NCBI GenBank assembly: GCA_973895155.1
Contig: OZ316895.1
Location: 23,014,558 to 23,078,557, forward strand
Reading direction: 5' to 3'
DNA: 64,000 nt
From: Marsupella aquatica
Lineage: Eukaryota; Plantae; Marchantiophyta
Shown here in pieces: positions 11,466-24,668 of this stretch. The position numbers and the translations under genes are program-made. The notes beneath the pieces were generated by a model. That model did no database searches and had not been told where the DNA came from. It was given only the letters and a program-made list of their open reading frames with translations. Within the stretch, counting starts at the first letter, position 1; each line of letters opens with the position of its first letter.

Positions 11466-14255
11466 ATGTGTTGCTGTGATTTCTGTGCTGTACTTGGCGT
11501 GGAGGCGCTGAGGTGGGTGGGTGATTTGGTGGCGAAATGCATCAACCCTGGAGGTTACAAAGCTCTCCAAAGTCAATGTGCGGAGACGGATGCGGGTCAC
11601 CGTGGTGGGTTGAAGAATTCCACCGCGGTGGCTCCAGCTGATGTCCATGACTACTCGAATGAGTGTTTACTCAGCAATGTCATCGTTAACCCAATCTTCT
11701 CAGAAGGGACGACCGGTTGGTCTGGAGTTGGATGCTCCCTGTCTGTGAGAAACCACCAGGGGTCCAGCTACTGTGTTGCTCATGGGCGTACAGAACAATG
11801 CGACGGGCTTGCTCAGGAAATTGGGAAGAGGCTGGACGCCAGTGTTGAATATCGTGTTGAAGCATGGGTGGGGATCCGTGGTGGACAGGCCGAGCAGGCT
11901 CAAGTCCAGGCAACGATTACAGTCGAGAAATCATTGGGCGGTGATGCTGACTACATTTTTCTGGACAGGTTGGTTTCTGTCACCTCCTTTGTGTATTTTT
12001 TTTCCAATGCACTGTAAAGCCCATCGGCTCGTTCTGTCTCAAATGGCTGACCTGTGCTCGACGCCATATTTTACGTACTCTTCGACTAATTAACAATGCA
12101 TCGTCTTGGAGTATTGCAGCAAGCAAGTCAGAAAGGGAGAGTGGTGTCTACTGACGGGCTCTCTACAACTCAGCGAGCAGCCCAGCAACGCAAGTATTTG
12201 CTTTAACGGGCCATATGGCGGTATCGACCTTCTTGTTAGCAGTGTTGCAGTTGTCCAGACGACAATCGTGCCAAGTTTGGGAGTACAGAAGATAGTTGAT
12301 CAAGTTCAAATCGTCGGTGCCAAGCTTCGCAAAGATGTGTCTGGTCCCCCTGTGTTAGACGTAAGTAGTTAGTTATTCCTAATGCATTATTACATGTCAA
12401 TTGATTACTCCGTAGCGTAATCATTATGTGATTATCTTTGGATTTTGTTTGATTGTACAGTGTTACTTATCGTTGAACATTGGACTTCCTTTGCAGCTCT
12501 GCCCCATCAACTGCGCTTTTGTATGCCCATTTTTGCGGCGAAGTTGCTAATTGTTGACCACTTCTAACTGGACCTTTTTCTTTTCTTCAGGAAACGAAGC
12601 TTGGACTTAATGTCGTTGCCAACAGCAATTTGATAAATGGGCTTTCAAGTTGGTATCCCATGGGTAATTGCTCCTTGAACATTCTTTCTGGGGGCCCTAC
12701 GCTCGTCAGTAGAACGGTACAGAAGTCCTTCATCAACTCCAGAGCACCAACCCTGAGTGGCAAATATATCTTTGCCTCCAGTCGCACCCAAATTTGGGAA
12801 GGTCCTGGACAAGATATAACTGACCAAGTAGAACTGTTCCAATCTTACCAAGTCTTTGCGTGGGTTGCGACGACTCTCCCTCTGGGATTTACGAATTCTT
12901 CAGGACCACAGAAAGTGAACGTGGCCCTAGATGTGGACGGACAGTGGGTGAACGGAGGGGAGATTTTTGCAGGGTCCGAATGGACTGAAATTTCAGGATC
13001 ATTTCGGTTGGAGATCGAGTTTAAGAAAGTGGTTGTCTACATTCAAGGCCCCGCTCCAGGTGTGGACGTGAAGTTGGCAGGCCTGCAAATTTTTGCAGTC
13101 GATAGGTTGGCGCGTGTGCCACTGCTTCAGCAACAAACAGAGAAAATTCGCAAACGAGACATGGTTTTGAAGCTGCGAGATTCTCAAGGGCGTCTTCTTC
13201 CTCCCAGCACCAGAGTTTCTGTTCAGCAGACAAGAAACAGCTTTCCTATTGGGACGTGCATCAATCATGAGAGTCTTCAGGACAAGGCATACCGGGATTT
13301 CTTCGTCGAAAACTTCAACTGGGCAGTGTTTGACTACGAATTGAAGTGGGATCAAGTGGAACGGGAGGCGGGCAAAGTCGACTATCAGCTGACAGATGAA
13401 ATGGTTCGCTTCTGCAACGACAATGATATCTCCATGCGAGGTCATTGCATCGTTTGGGGAGAAGAACAATACATGCAGAACTGGGTGAAAGAATTGCAAG
13501 GGGAAGAGCTTGTAGATGCTGTTCATGATCGAGTTGCCAGTCTCTTGGGCCGGTACAGAGGGCAGTTCAAACACTTCGATGTGGACAATGAGTTGCTCCA
13601 TTCGTCCTTCTACCAAGACAGGTTGGGTATGGACTTCTTGCCATACCTATTCAACCTAGTACAGCAACAAGATCCCCTAGCCGCTTTGTTTGTCAACGAC
13701 TTTCATGTCACAGATGGTGACGACTGCATGTCTTCGCCTGAGAGATACTGCGAGCTAGTCAAGTTCCTTACGTCAAATGGCGCTCCAGTCGGAGGAATAG
13801 GCGTGCAAGGCCACGTCCAGGTTCCAGTGGGACCAATTGTTGCCCGAGCGCTAGACACTCTCAGTACTTTAGATATACCAATATGGTTCACTGAGGTGGA
13901 CACGCCGTCCCTGAACGAGTATGTCAGGGCCGATGATCTGGAGGTCATGTTTCGTGAAGCGTATGCGCATCCGTCAGTCGAAGGGCTTCTGTTGTGGGGA
14001 TTTATGGAGAACGCAATGTCGACCGCAAATTGCCATCTGGTTAATTCGGATAAAAGTATCAATGCAGCCGGTCAGCGTGTCCAAGCCCTCAAGAAGGAAT
14101 GGACGACCAGCTTCGAGGGTGTAGTCGGTGACGATGGCGAAGTAACCTTCCGTGGCTTTCATGGTGATTATAACCTGTCGGTGGGCAACGGTGTCTATAA
14201 GAAATTCAAAATCACAAAAGGTGATGGTTCCTTAGTAGTGGATATATCAATTTAA
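11466..14255 (+). CDS. GH10 endo-1,4-beta-xylanase with two N-terminal CBM22 (CBM_4_9)-type modules; exons 11466-11968, 12120-12360, 12591-14255 (~802 aa)
   Basis: GT..AG introns join three ORFs in frame. CBM-like starts are NVIVNPIFSEGTTGWS and NVVANSNLINGLSSW. GH10 motifs are ELKW, RGHCIVW, DVDNE (acid/base), GVQGH and IWFTE (nucleophile). Confidence 0.93.
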
Positions 14256-14753
14256 AACAGATGGTGTGAACAGACTTTGCAACAGCATGCCCGAGTGGTT
14301 TTTAAATTGATATATCTACTCTTGAGGTGCCTACATCGAGCTTCAATGAGCGGCAGTGAGCAGCTCTGTCTCTCACTTACTCCACCGGGGAGATGTTTTT
14401 TCTCTAATTTCCCTCCCAAATGTTACAGGGAAATTAGATTCAACGGTCCCGAGCAAAGCACGCTGTATCTCTAACATCCAACATTCCCCAGATTACATGT
14501 GACGTTGTGTACAGTAGGCAACCACAAAAGTACGTCAAAATATGGAATGATGATAACAGCTTTTGTAAACTACCTTTCTGTATCCTGCCCCTACTGTAGT
14601 TCCTCATCATGAGGGCAAATTGCCGAACCAGAGTGAAGACATTTCGTTCGAAATCCAAACGTTTGTAAAATGAGTCCGTTGATCCATGTTAGCTACGACA
14701 TTAAAAAATGCAGAGTGTAGAGCGAGCGTTACAAACAGATTAAAAATTGGTCA

Positions 14754-14975
14754 TGTTTCCTTGTGGGATTCGGCGAATGGTTCCACCTGTATGATAACTT
14801 TCAGCTGGAAAGCGTTCCTGTCCGCTTCGATATAAAGAAATTGATAGTTCAATTCCAACTTTGAAGTAAGCCATGTTTCCCGCTGAGATTTGACGGATGG
14901 ATCAAAATAATGATATCGTTGATTGCACCTGTGAAAGCCCTGTTTCCCGCTGGGATTCGGCGAATGGATCAAATG
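14754..14975. repeat. Three dispersed copies of a ~30-bp motif
   Basis: TGTTTCCCGCTGGGATTCGGCGAATGGATC-like sequence at ~14755, ~14874 and ~14941. Confidence 0.6.
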
Positions 14976-15494
14976 TTATGTTAATTTCACCTGCGAGAAA
15001 GTGTTTCACAAAAAATAAATCTTCGAGTTCAAACCGAAGCATTGGAGCAATCGATATCTTTCTTTTGACTTGTAAAGTACTCACAATAAATAATCAAGCT
15101 TTGAATTCAAGCTGTCACACTTTCTCATTTGTAAACAAAACATTCTTCGAAATCATGGGAGAAAGGTATGATTGCAGAATATTCAAATCATAACTTTTTG
15201 ACATTTCCACACTACTGTCGCGTCATGGTCCTAAGCTCCTAGCAAACCAGGGTTGGTCGTTCGGCTCCACGCGCCATCATTCTGTTTGGGATTGAAAGAT
15301 TTCAATGACGTTGAAACGTTGAAACCAACGCAAAAATTTCCCGAGGGTAGTTGCTTTGTCCACACGTTACCACGCACCACATTTCTTGAATCTACAATAG
15401 GTGTAAATTCAATAAACCCATGTCATGACCCTACTGTGGATGGCTTTGACTACAGTAGTCGTTCTCTTGTACGCTTGGCCGTTTCTGCAGTCAG

Positions 15495-15912
15495 CTAAGT
15501 TTACAGCAACCACCTCACTAAGAAGGTTTTCTGGTTTGCTGACTCTTACAGCTGGGACAGGACCACTTATCACCCAAGTAAAGCAATGTTTACGATGACT
15601 CTGCTGATCGAGTTTACAGCCGCCACCTCAGTATGTCAACTGCTCTAAGTTTTACGGTTTCCTGAGTTCACAGCAGGGATGAGACCACTCATCGCCTCAG
15701 GGTTTTCAGTGACTGTGCTGATCGAGTTTACAACCGCCACCTCAATTGGTCGATTACAAAGTTTTCTGGTTTGCTGACTTTTGAGCTGGGACAGGACCAC
15801 CCATCCATCACCCAACTAGAGCAAGGTTTTGGCTGATCAGTTTCCGGCCAACCCCTCATTATCTCAACTTTTGAGCAGGGACGGGACCACTCATCACCCA
15901 AGTAAAGCAAGC
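15495..15912. repeat. Degenerate tandem repeat, ~110-130 bp units, with an inverted copy at ~16317-16347
   Basis: AGTTTACAGC..CCACCTCA and GGGAC.GGACCAC.(C/T)ATCACCCAAGTAAAGCAA recur. The reverse complement TGCTTTACTGGGTGATGAGTGGTCCC appears at 16317. Confidence 0.7.
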
Positions 15913-16559
15913 TGTCCAACGCCAAACAGCCCCTCCATTGGGGAGATTTAGCGAGCCGGTAAGGCGCCTGCACATTGATCGAGGTTCTTGTCATTCACCA
16001 AAAATAGCATATCGCAGTTAAAATAGCACGAAAAGTTGCAGCCCCGAGTGCACTGGCCAGAAGCAGCTGAAGTGACATTCGAACGAAAGTGAGAGGGCCG
16101 GTCGTGGTCACCGATCGTCTTGAAGCTTGTGGAGCTGAGAACTGCCGACCCCAGGACGAGAAATTAGGCAGCGATGTTGGAGTAGGCAGACCCGGCCATG
16201 GTGGGGATTCAAAAAAATGAGCCGGGCCGATAGCAGGCTGAGCTTTTCGGTCAGCTGAGCTCGGTGCTGCGTTTGAGCAGCCACCTCATGATTTCAAGTA
16301 AAATATGTTATGCCATGCTTTACTGGGTGATGAGTGGTCCCGTTCACCTCAAGGTACGTAAGCCAATCCAGGACAAAAATCTTCTCCTGGTGCTTTTCTG
16401 TTGTATTCTAATCGAATGAAATCGTGATTCTTTGTAGTTTGAGCGGCGCGTAAAGCAAAGCTCCGTGGCGGGCAAACTGATTGCACAAACTGTGATAGAC
16501 GCCCCTTCCGCACCACGCCACCACTCGAGACTACTATGATCTACCTACTCTAGACTTAG

Positions 16560-17050
16560 CCTTCACTCTTTGGTAGCCACGTTGTACTACACATTCTTCC
16601 CATAAACGACATCTAACAGCAAAACATCTCGATCCATGAGGCATCCAATTCAATGGAATCTTTCTATGCAAAAGAACCAACATCGCCATGCGTCCCAGCT
16701 CTATACGACTGCAAATCTGCTGTACTTCTTGTTTCATTTATTGTCACCACCAGACTCCTGTCTCCATAGAGATCATCGACCTGGACTGTATTCCAGCCAC
16801 GTAATACACCGCATCACACTTTCCTAAGCGATGCCTTGAATGCAGGAGATCTTCCCGCTCTTCTCGATCGGGCTCAGCATGCGAAAGCTTGAATCACTCC
16901 ACTCTAGCTGCCACATATTGCACAATCTTTCTGTGCAGGTACTTCTGGCAAAGCAATCCTCGGTCCCCACTTCACCACCTCAAAGCCTAGGAGTGGCTAG
17001 AAAGAGAACTTCGAGCATCCCCCACCCATGACTACATTGGGGCTACTGAC
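16560..17050 (-). mobile_element. Decayed LINE ORF2 C-terminal (zf-RVT-like) fragment
   Basis: Translation LLHRKIPLNW...CFAVRC...LWEEC resembles the L1 Cys-rich C-terminus. The frame is disrupted. Confidence 0.3.
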
Positions 17051-17134
17051 GATGCTCAAATTTCGAGATCATAAAACATATCTACAGCAGTTGCCACCAG
17101 GAGACTATGTTTAGGTTGGGGGGTAGGTTTGGGC

Positions 17135-17365
17135 CAAGTGACACTGTGACAGGGCACAAAATTTGTAACAGATCCATTGCCTTTGGAGCCAACTCCCATG
17201 TGAGTGGCCCTCAAGTGACACTATGACAGGGCACAAAATTTGTAACAGATCCATTGCCTTTGGAGCCAACTCCCATGTGAGTGGCCCTACAATTTTGGGC
17301 CCTCAAATTGACTTTGTAAGAGATCCATTGCCTTTAGAGCCAACTCCCATGTGAGTGACCCTAGA
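17135..17365. repeat. Tandem repeat, ~77 bp x3 (third copy partial)
   Basis: AGATCCATTGCCTTT(G/A)GAGCCAACTCCCATGTGAGTG occurs three times. Confidence 0.85.
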
Positions 17366-19989
17366 TTTTTGGGCACTCAATTCTTTTTAATTTTTTAAGG
17401 GGAAATCTGTGAAACCCCACATAAAGGGAAGAGGCAAGCCACAATAGTTGAACCCAAAACCTATGAGTTTCTACTCAAGTGAGCTACCACAAAGTCATGT
17501 CTCTTTGGGCTTTTGGGCACTCAAATTGACTCCGGGCAAATATAAGTGAGCAAGAGAAGCAATGCCAGGCCTAGTGGCAAAAAAATTAGGAGCTACAAGG
17601 GTGAGGGCCAGATCTGCCGGCCCTTGAGTTCCTGACCTCAAACTCCAGCATAAAACAAAAGCCCAAATGGGATACATGTCATTGCAAGCTTTGCCGTGCG
17701 CCATGTAGCAAATACTGTTGTCAAATGAGATCTGCTTTTCCCTAACATTTTGCTAATGCTGAGGGCCATAATGTTGAGGAGCTTCACATGCAAGTTGGCT
17801 AGCTGGCTGGGGTTCCTTTGTGTGCAAATACTTAGAGCCAACTTGCAACCAACTTGCATGTGAGTGGCCCTGAAGAACGCGGCCCTGAACCAGACTCATG
17901 CCAGCATAAAAGTGAGAGCGTTACATGCCTGAACCCCCTCCTGTGCCAGGCACTTGACGCGCTTCAGGGCAGCACATATACTTTTTCCCTATCATTTGTG
18001 AAATCAATGTTGAGGGTCACATTATTGAGGGCTGCTACATGAGAGTTGGCTCTTTAGGGCTGTCTTGCATGTGGGTGGCCCTTGAGTATCCAGCCCTCAA
18101 CTGAACTGGTGACATTCCTGCATCGAGTGAGACTTTTATGCCACAACCTCCTCCTTAGGCAGACATGACTACAAATATGGTGAATAACCAAGGGCAAGGT
18201 CCGGAAACTTTCCGGCTGTTGAGGTCCTTAACCTTGAAATTGAATAAAACAAGAGGAAGTTCACACTAAACAAATTGGCAGATTCTATGATTGGAGAATC
18301 TAAATTCACTTTTTCTCCACAAAATTGAGTTTTAAGGGCCGTACACAAAGGGGCCCTTGACATGCAAGACTACCCTTAGTGCCCTTTCAGATTTTCCTCT
18401 TTGTCTTCTTCAAGATATTCTTGGAGAAGAATCAAGATTTGGATGAAATCATTATGAACATTTTGGGCTTTGCTTTACTAAAATTAGTAAAAACAAGAAT
18501 CTCTTAGGCCTTTAAGGGTGGTCTTGCATGGAAGCAGCCCTTTCAGGCCCTCAGTTCTCCCTAATTTGCTGCTGCTGGGTGTCATTGACCCCAGTTTTAG
18601 TGGCCCTACCTCATTTTGCTTTATTGAAATTTCACAGGTCAGAAACTCAAGAACCCAAAATTTTCCTGCCTTTGCCCTTAGTTGTCCACATGAGATGCCC
18701 TCAATCATGTCATGCCAACCATTCAGTTGACTGCCGCAAAACAAAAGGCTGCCCACATGCAAGTTGGTTGTAAGTCTATTAAGGTCCTCTTACCAGAGCA
18801 TTATGGGTAATACTACCGTCTTCCCCCGAACACAAGGCCCGGGTGCTATATTTGAATAGTGAGCCAAGGGGAACTCTATTTGAACATAGCAGCGCCCAGG
18901 GTGTGTTCGAGTTTGAAGTCAATGTTTTCATTTTGTGGACTTGTGGCGTTGTAGTCAAAATGTGGCGTTGTGTTCAAATTTAAGGTAATGTGCTTGAATT
19001 TTGGCATTGTGAGATGCATGTAGGGTGTAAGTAGGAATGATAGGCATAGAAGTTATGTGTATAAGAGAGGAGTGTGTTCAAGTTTAGGTTTTTTTACTTC
19101 CCAACAAAATTTGCTCAGTCAAAGGATGTGTAGCTAAATAATTGAACCACTGAAATTACACAAGAGGAGAAATCAAATTTGCAATAGAAAACAAAACTGA
19201 CAAACCATACATACCAAGTGTACTATTATCACTTAGTAAAACATATTCATCCTTTTTTCACAATCATTCGGTTTACTGTGGCCAATTTGCTCATTTTGAT
19301 TATTTAATCTTTCTTCATGCAGTCTGGAATGTTCGCAAGACTGCTTTGTTTCTATTGGAGTGCCTCGATCTTGAGGGCAATGGAAAATTGGAAATAGAGA
19401 AAGTGAGTTGTCAGACCTAATTATGCACATAGGTACTATGGGTTTCTTTGACGAGACGCCGTGGCGTCAGTCAGAGGTTGATGTGAAAGTCCGTCAAAAG
19501 TTCACACAGCAGAATTGAACAATATATCTATACTTCCAGATTGCTGCTTAACATTTTGGAAACAGCGCACACTGCTCCGAGAATGAAGGATTTTGAAATT
19601 AGCTTACATTTCTCAAAGGACGGTGGATTTTGTAAGTTGAAAGAGCGGATGTGTCGGACGATTTTAAGTAACGTATTGTAGTTGCAACGCAGTTACCTTT
19701 CTCTATAGTCACTTGTGCACATTTTCAAACACAAAGTCAATTTCGAACACAGCGCCTGGGCGTTGTGTTAATATGGCATTGTGTTTGAGTGAAAACATCT
19801 TTTTTGCCTAAAATCCATGTTTTTAGCATATTCGAACATGAAAACATGACATCTCTTCCTTTGTATTCTGGTTTTTTTTACGCTTTATATTTATGGCATG
19901 ACGCCCCATAATTTACACGAATATGAACATAAACATGACAAGGACCTTTTAGTTTTCCAGAAAACCTGCTCTATCCTGTTTGTCACCCC

Positions 19990-20620
19990 ATCCTCGCTGA
20001 TGTGGTGCATCCTCGTGCCAAGGAATTTGCAATGAACCCCTCAAGGGGGTCCGTAAATACATAAGTACACCACATAAACTCTTTTGCTTCGACAATACTA
20101 ATGAAATTGTCTGTGGCTAGACTCAACAAGAGTAGTTGACCAAATGTAATCACCGGTGGGGTGGCTCTTAGTGGAGAGGGTGCTTGGCCTTCACACTGAG
20201 TTTGCCGCCATCTCTTCCCTAGGAAAGAGTTAAAATTGTCCCTTTTATCTGCCATGACTGTGACTGTTGGGGTCCTTTTCATCCACAGCCAAAGATGAAT
20301 GTTTTTAAGGTCTTTGAAATCATGGCAGGTGGCAAATTTCCCATATCTGGAAGCCTCTAAGCTCAACTTGCATGAAATGTAGGTTTGTTTTCAATCGTAA
20401 AGGAGACAAAGAATCAGAAATAGTACAAGCTGAAAATCTTTCAGGATTAAAGTGTATTGACTCCTTGTGAGGGGGCATCATGGGTGATAACCCTTCAAAA
20501 CTTGGGCTAAAGTCTTGACATCATAGCCAGCAATGGATTTTCTCTTCATGTTCTTCAGTACTCTATGAAAGAGAATGTCCATCACAGGCTTTGCAAGGCA
20601 TTCAGAGATTTGTTCTCCAC
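19990..20620 (-). mobile_element. Decayed non-LTR (LINE) reverse transcriptase fragment
   Basis: Minus-strand reading KTLAQVLK...Q...KLSLEASRY and EGQAPSPL...LLSLATDNF follow RT motifs 'K.LA.RLK', 'KLDFEKAYD' and 'QG.PLSPL..LA.D'. Confidence 0.45.
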
Positions 20621-22499
20621 CTTCTCTCGTTGTAAAAAGAGTAAAATCTCAATTAGGGTTTTCTTCAAAGTGTGATGAAAGGAAAAAGAACCAGAAATAG
20701 TAGGAGTTGAGGCTTTAGGGTTTAGAGAGCTCTCTGGTCTGGGAGAGACAATTATAATCATCCGGCACTTCCCTGAGTCACAAGTAGTAAAGCCCTAATA
20801 TACAAATCATCTAGAATTCGTATTAGTGGATGGTAAGGTATACCTCTTTTGTGAAAGGGAGCTGTTTGCATACAGTAATGCGCTGGTAACAGAGCATTAC
20901 AGGCGAGAACACCCTGAAAAACGATGGCTTTAGCTTGAGTTTTCAGGGGCTATTATTACCCATGATGCACTCATAACAGAGCAGTATTACACATAAAGGC
21001 TTAAGAGATTTTAGTTTTCTCTTTTCGAGTATACATAAAACTAGAGAAGTTTCATATACTCTGTTCCAAATCTAGATTGTGCATTCTTCTCCATAAAAGC
21101 ACCAAAAATTACAAAGTAAGCAAAATTCCAGGACTTCGTTCGAATGCCGTGTCCTTGATGGAAAGATGTTTCAAAATTTTCCAGAATGCATTTCCTTATG
21201 CGACTAGCAGAAGTATACATCCCAAGGAAAACACCTGGTGTCTAACTAAGGTCAAGACCTGCTTCGCCAAGTATGGCTACGAGTCACAGGGATGGGAGAT
21301 GAACTTGCTGTGGACACCCAATTTTTAACTTCAGACGAGAGGCAAACGCAGTCAAATTTTGGAGGTCAAATTGTGGAATTGTACCATCCTATGAAGGACG
21401 AGTGGAGAGTAGTCAAATCCTGTGGGAGGCATCAACATGTCTTTTTGGCACAAGTAAAACTAATTTAAGTAGAATTATTTTGCATGTAACCAGGCCTTCA
21501 ATTTGCAGTCCTAAACCAAATGGTCTGGCAGCGTATTAGTGCAGGAGAAGTTCGTGCCTGAACTGCCTCACTAGCCAGGCTCAACAACTTGTTCAGCGGA
21601 AATCCGAGGGAAAAGTCCACCAACGTTCCGGCCCTTGATGACCCGACCTTTGAAACTCACCAATTCCCTGCAAGGTGCCCTTGCAAAGCGTCTACATGGA
21701 AACAACGAAGCAGGATTTTTCCCTGCTGTTTAGGTAGCTTTTTGGGGAGTTTCAGGGGCTGAAGAACTGAGGGTAGGCTACATGCAAGAGAACACTTAGC
21801 CCACATAATATTGAAGTATATGATTAAAAGGGAACACATGGGCGACCTTCCTTCATTTTCCTTTGAGAAATTTTATGCCTATGTGCATACTGTTGTAGCC
21901 GTGACCATCAGCTCTTTGCATGTGAGTAATTCGGGAAAATTGATGGACTTCATCGTCTGTTTCGAAGTAGAGTGTTTGGTAGTCAAAACTAAGAGCTGGT
22001 GTGGCAAGAATTGGAGTTTGTTTTTCCCAGTGGGACGTGGGTGTTCCCTTGTGAGGTCTACCCGGTTCAGCTTTGAGCGATCGCCCCACCCCAATATTGG
22101 CTTGGAAATTGTCACGCCTTGTTCTGGTTGTTTTGGTCAGCGTTGCTCATTGACACACTGAAACAGTTAGTCCTGTACTTAGAAAACGTCGAGTGGTAGC
22201 TCAATGTTGATGCATTTTAGTGGCTAGCATCGAGATCAAGGAAGAAGGCTGGGAAGTAGAAACATAGCTCAATGTCATAGACTCAATGTAGCTCAATGCC
22301 AGAGACCGAAAACCTTCGCAAACAGACGGGAGCTCCAAATGTAGGTCCAGGCCATCCAACTTCATTCGAGTTGGAGCATCACTATACACCTTTTCCTTTT
22401 CCAAATTGTGCTACTCGTGGTCATACTAGCTTTGTGGACTCTAATTAGTTGCATGCCAGGGGCCATGGAGTGACTCTTTTATCAGACTATAAAGTTTCT

Positions 22500-22728
22500 C
22501 ATGAATATGCAGCAACTCAAATTAGAGTTTCAAAGGAGATTTTACTCAAATGTCCTAACTCAACCAGCGTAGTGTCTAAAGAGATTTCAGCTGACGGATT
22601 CAAATCAAATATGAATTCCTTGAACCTCTGAAACTTCTCCCAGTTTCGTTCACTGGGAATTTGACGTTCTGCAATTTCACAGGACATCGTCATTAACACT
22701 CTAATTTGAGTTGCTGAATACACTTTCA
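22500..22728. ncRNA. Pre-miRNA-like long hairpin
   Basis: A perfect 19-bp inverted repeat pairs CAGCAACTCAAATTAGAGT (22510-22528) with ACTCTAATTTGAGTTGCTG (22698-22716). Further nested inner pairings are present. Confidence 0.5.
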
Positions 22729-24668
22729 GATACTCAACTTTTGCGGAAAGTGTAAGTATGTCCTACCTGAAATTGAATTTTTCAGAAGCAACATCACTGA
22801 ATCAGGTGTAGCAAACCCTTGAGCAGAAATGAAGATTGTAGGTCATAACATCAAACAAAGGCGTTTGTAGCCAAACAGAACAGAATAGCTGCGCTCTACG
22901 ATCTTTATTCCGTATTCAGAACAAAATCAGTTCTAAGCTATTAGAAGGATTTGCGATGGATTACAAGATGCCACCCTTGCGCATTAGAGAGTTTTGTAGG
23001 GTCATGCACAGAAATGTTGACGTTACAAGTGGTCTTTTGCCACAGAAGTTATGGTTCTGTCATGCTATGGTAATTTATCTCCAAACTCTAATCTGTCCCG
23101 TTGGCATTGTCATGGCTCCAGCTGAGTCCTTTCCTGTACAACACTAGAGGGAGGATGGTGTGTAGGTGTTGTAAGCCAGTTGTAAATTCCTGGAGTATTT
23201 GTGATCAGGACTTTTGGGTGGTGAGAACGCAACGTGGGTATCCTGCAGGTCTATAAGCGAGTTACCGTCTATGTGTCAAGTGCTTATCGAATTGTTGAGA
23301 GGGATATTAGACTAGCTAGCCTGTTTCTTAAGACCTGATGATAGTTTTAGCACATGCTGTCTAGATTTCTCACACTGAAGCTTACTTTCCTTTGAGCTAA
23401 ACCAACAACCTGGTCTTTAGGCAGTGTGACATTCAACACTGAGACAGATCACTGATGATCCATAGCGTTCTTTACAAAGAGCCATGGCTGGATATGATGT
23501 ATGGATTACACATTACGAAGAGTTGATAACAGAGGGGCAGATTCATGTATGCTGATCTCATTTTAGTTGTTTAGATACAGCGATTGCTTTCGAGCCCTCA
23601 TCCAGCTTAAATCATGCTTAAATAACGGCATTAGAGAAGAACAGGAGCTTAGGTGTTTAGCTGCAGAGAATGCTTTCGAGCCCTCATCCAACTGGTATCA
23701 TGCCCAAATAACGGCACTAAAGAGAGGAGCCTATCATGCGCCAATAAATTCAATCAAATCGACAGAGCACATGAATATCAAACAGAGCACTGAAATACAC
23801 AGCAGCTGCACAGTTTTGAAATTGAAGGCTAAGACTCCAGCTGAAGACGTCAAAGATACAGTCCCTAGAGAAGGTTAGAGTGGGGACATTTATTGGGTTC
23901 AAACACAGATTGACTGAATTCAATCCATAATGCATGGAAAAGCTCCCTTCTAACCACTGACTGTCCGTAATCACCTGATTCAAAAATTTGATAAATAAAG
24001 TCGTGGCTTTTACATCATTGCTTTATAAAATGGACCGTCATCAGACTCGTTACCTGCTCAGCAATTAGCAACTATTGGAAATTTTTAGCTCATTGGATAT
24101 GACACTAAGTAGTCAAGTATTTATGTAATTGGTAAGCCATGATCGCCAGGAACAACAGATAAGAATTGTAGCAATACGAATGGAGATGTAAGCACGCTTG
24201 GACAGTTACGAACTGATACAACGCAAACACAAGGTCCTATACTTGACTTCATTCTCAATTGTTTGAGAGAGCGCCCTTCAGATCACCCTCATCCAGTGAA
24301 GTAATACAGTAGTTTCCTTTTCAGCGAGAGCGGTTGACAACCTGTACACTTGATTGGATGTCCAACCTGCTATGTGCAGTGTAGAGGAAAAACTATCCAG
24401 ACAGTGTCGACAACGACCTGCCCCAAAGATCTATGCATGTAACAGCAACGTTCGACTTGCATGTGTTAACCATAAAACAATGCTGAAGCATTTTGTTCGA
24501 AACCAGAGACAATCTTCAAGATTAAAGAGAAAGTGGCCGCCTGAAATTCGGCAATCCCATCTCGATGAATGTGGTGAATCTCCCAAACAGAATTATCGGG
24601 TCCATGATAATAGTCAATCATATTTTGATAACCTTCAATCCTAAATTGAAAAGAATAATCTGTCCGTC

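Noticed and set aside
11299-11511. ORF MGNLSL... as the xylanase start
   Set aside because: The ATG lies only ~16 nt after the TATA box and is out of frame. The one plausible splice I tested leads to a stop.
14754-14975. Spaced ~30-bp repeats resembling a CRISPR array
   Set aside because: The context is eukaryotic, there are only three diverged copies with irregular spacing, and no cas genes. The other arrays in the window are head-to-tail minisatellites.
17445-17492. tRNA-like A/B boxes on the minus strand
   Set aside because: No cloverleaf can be formed. At most this is a decayed SINE head, not a tRNA gene.
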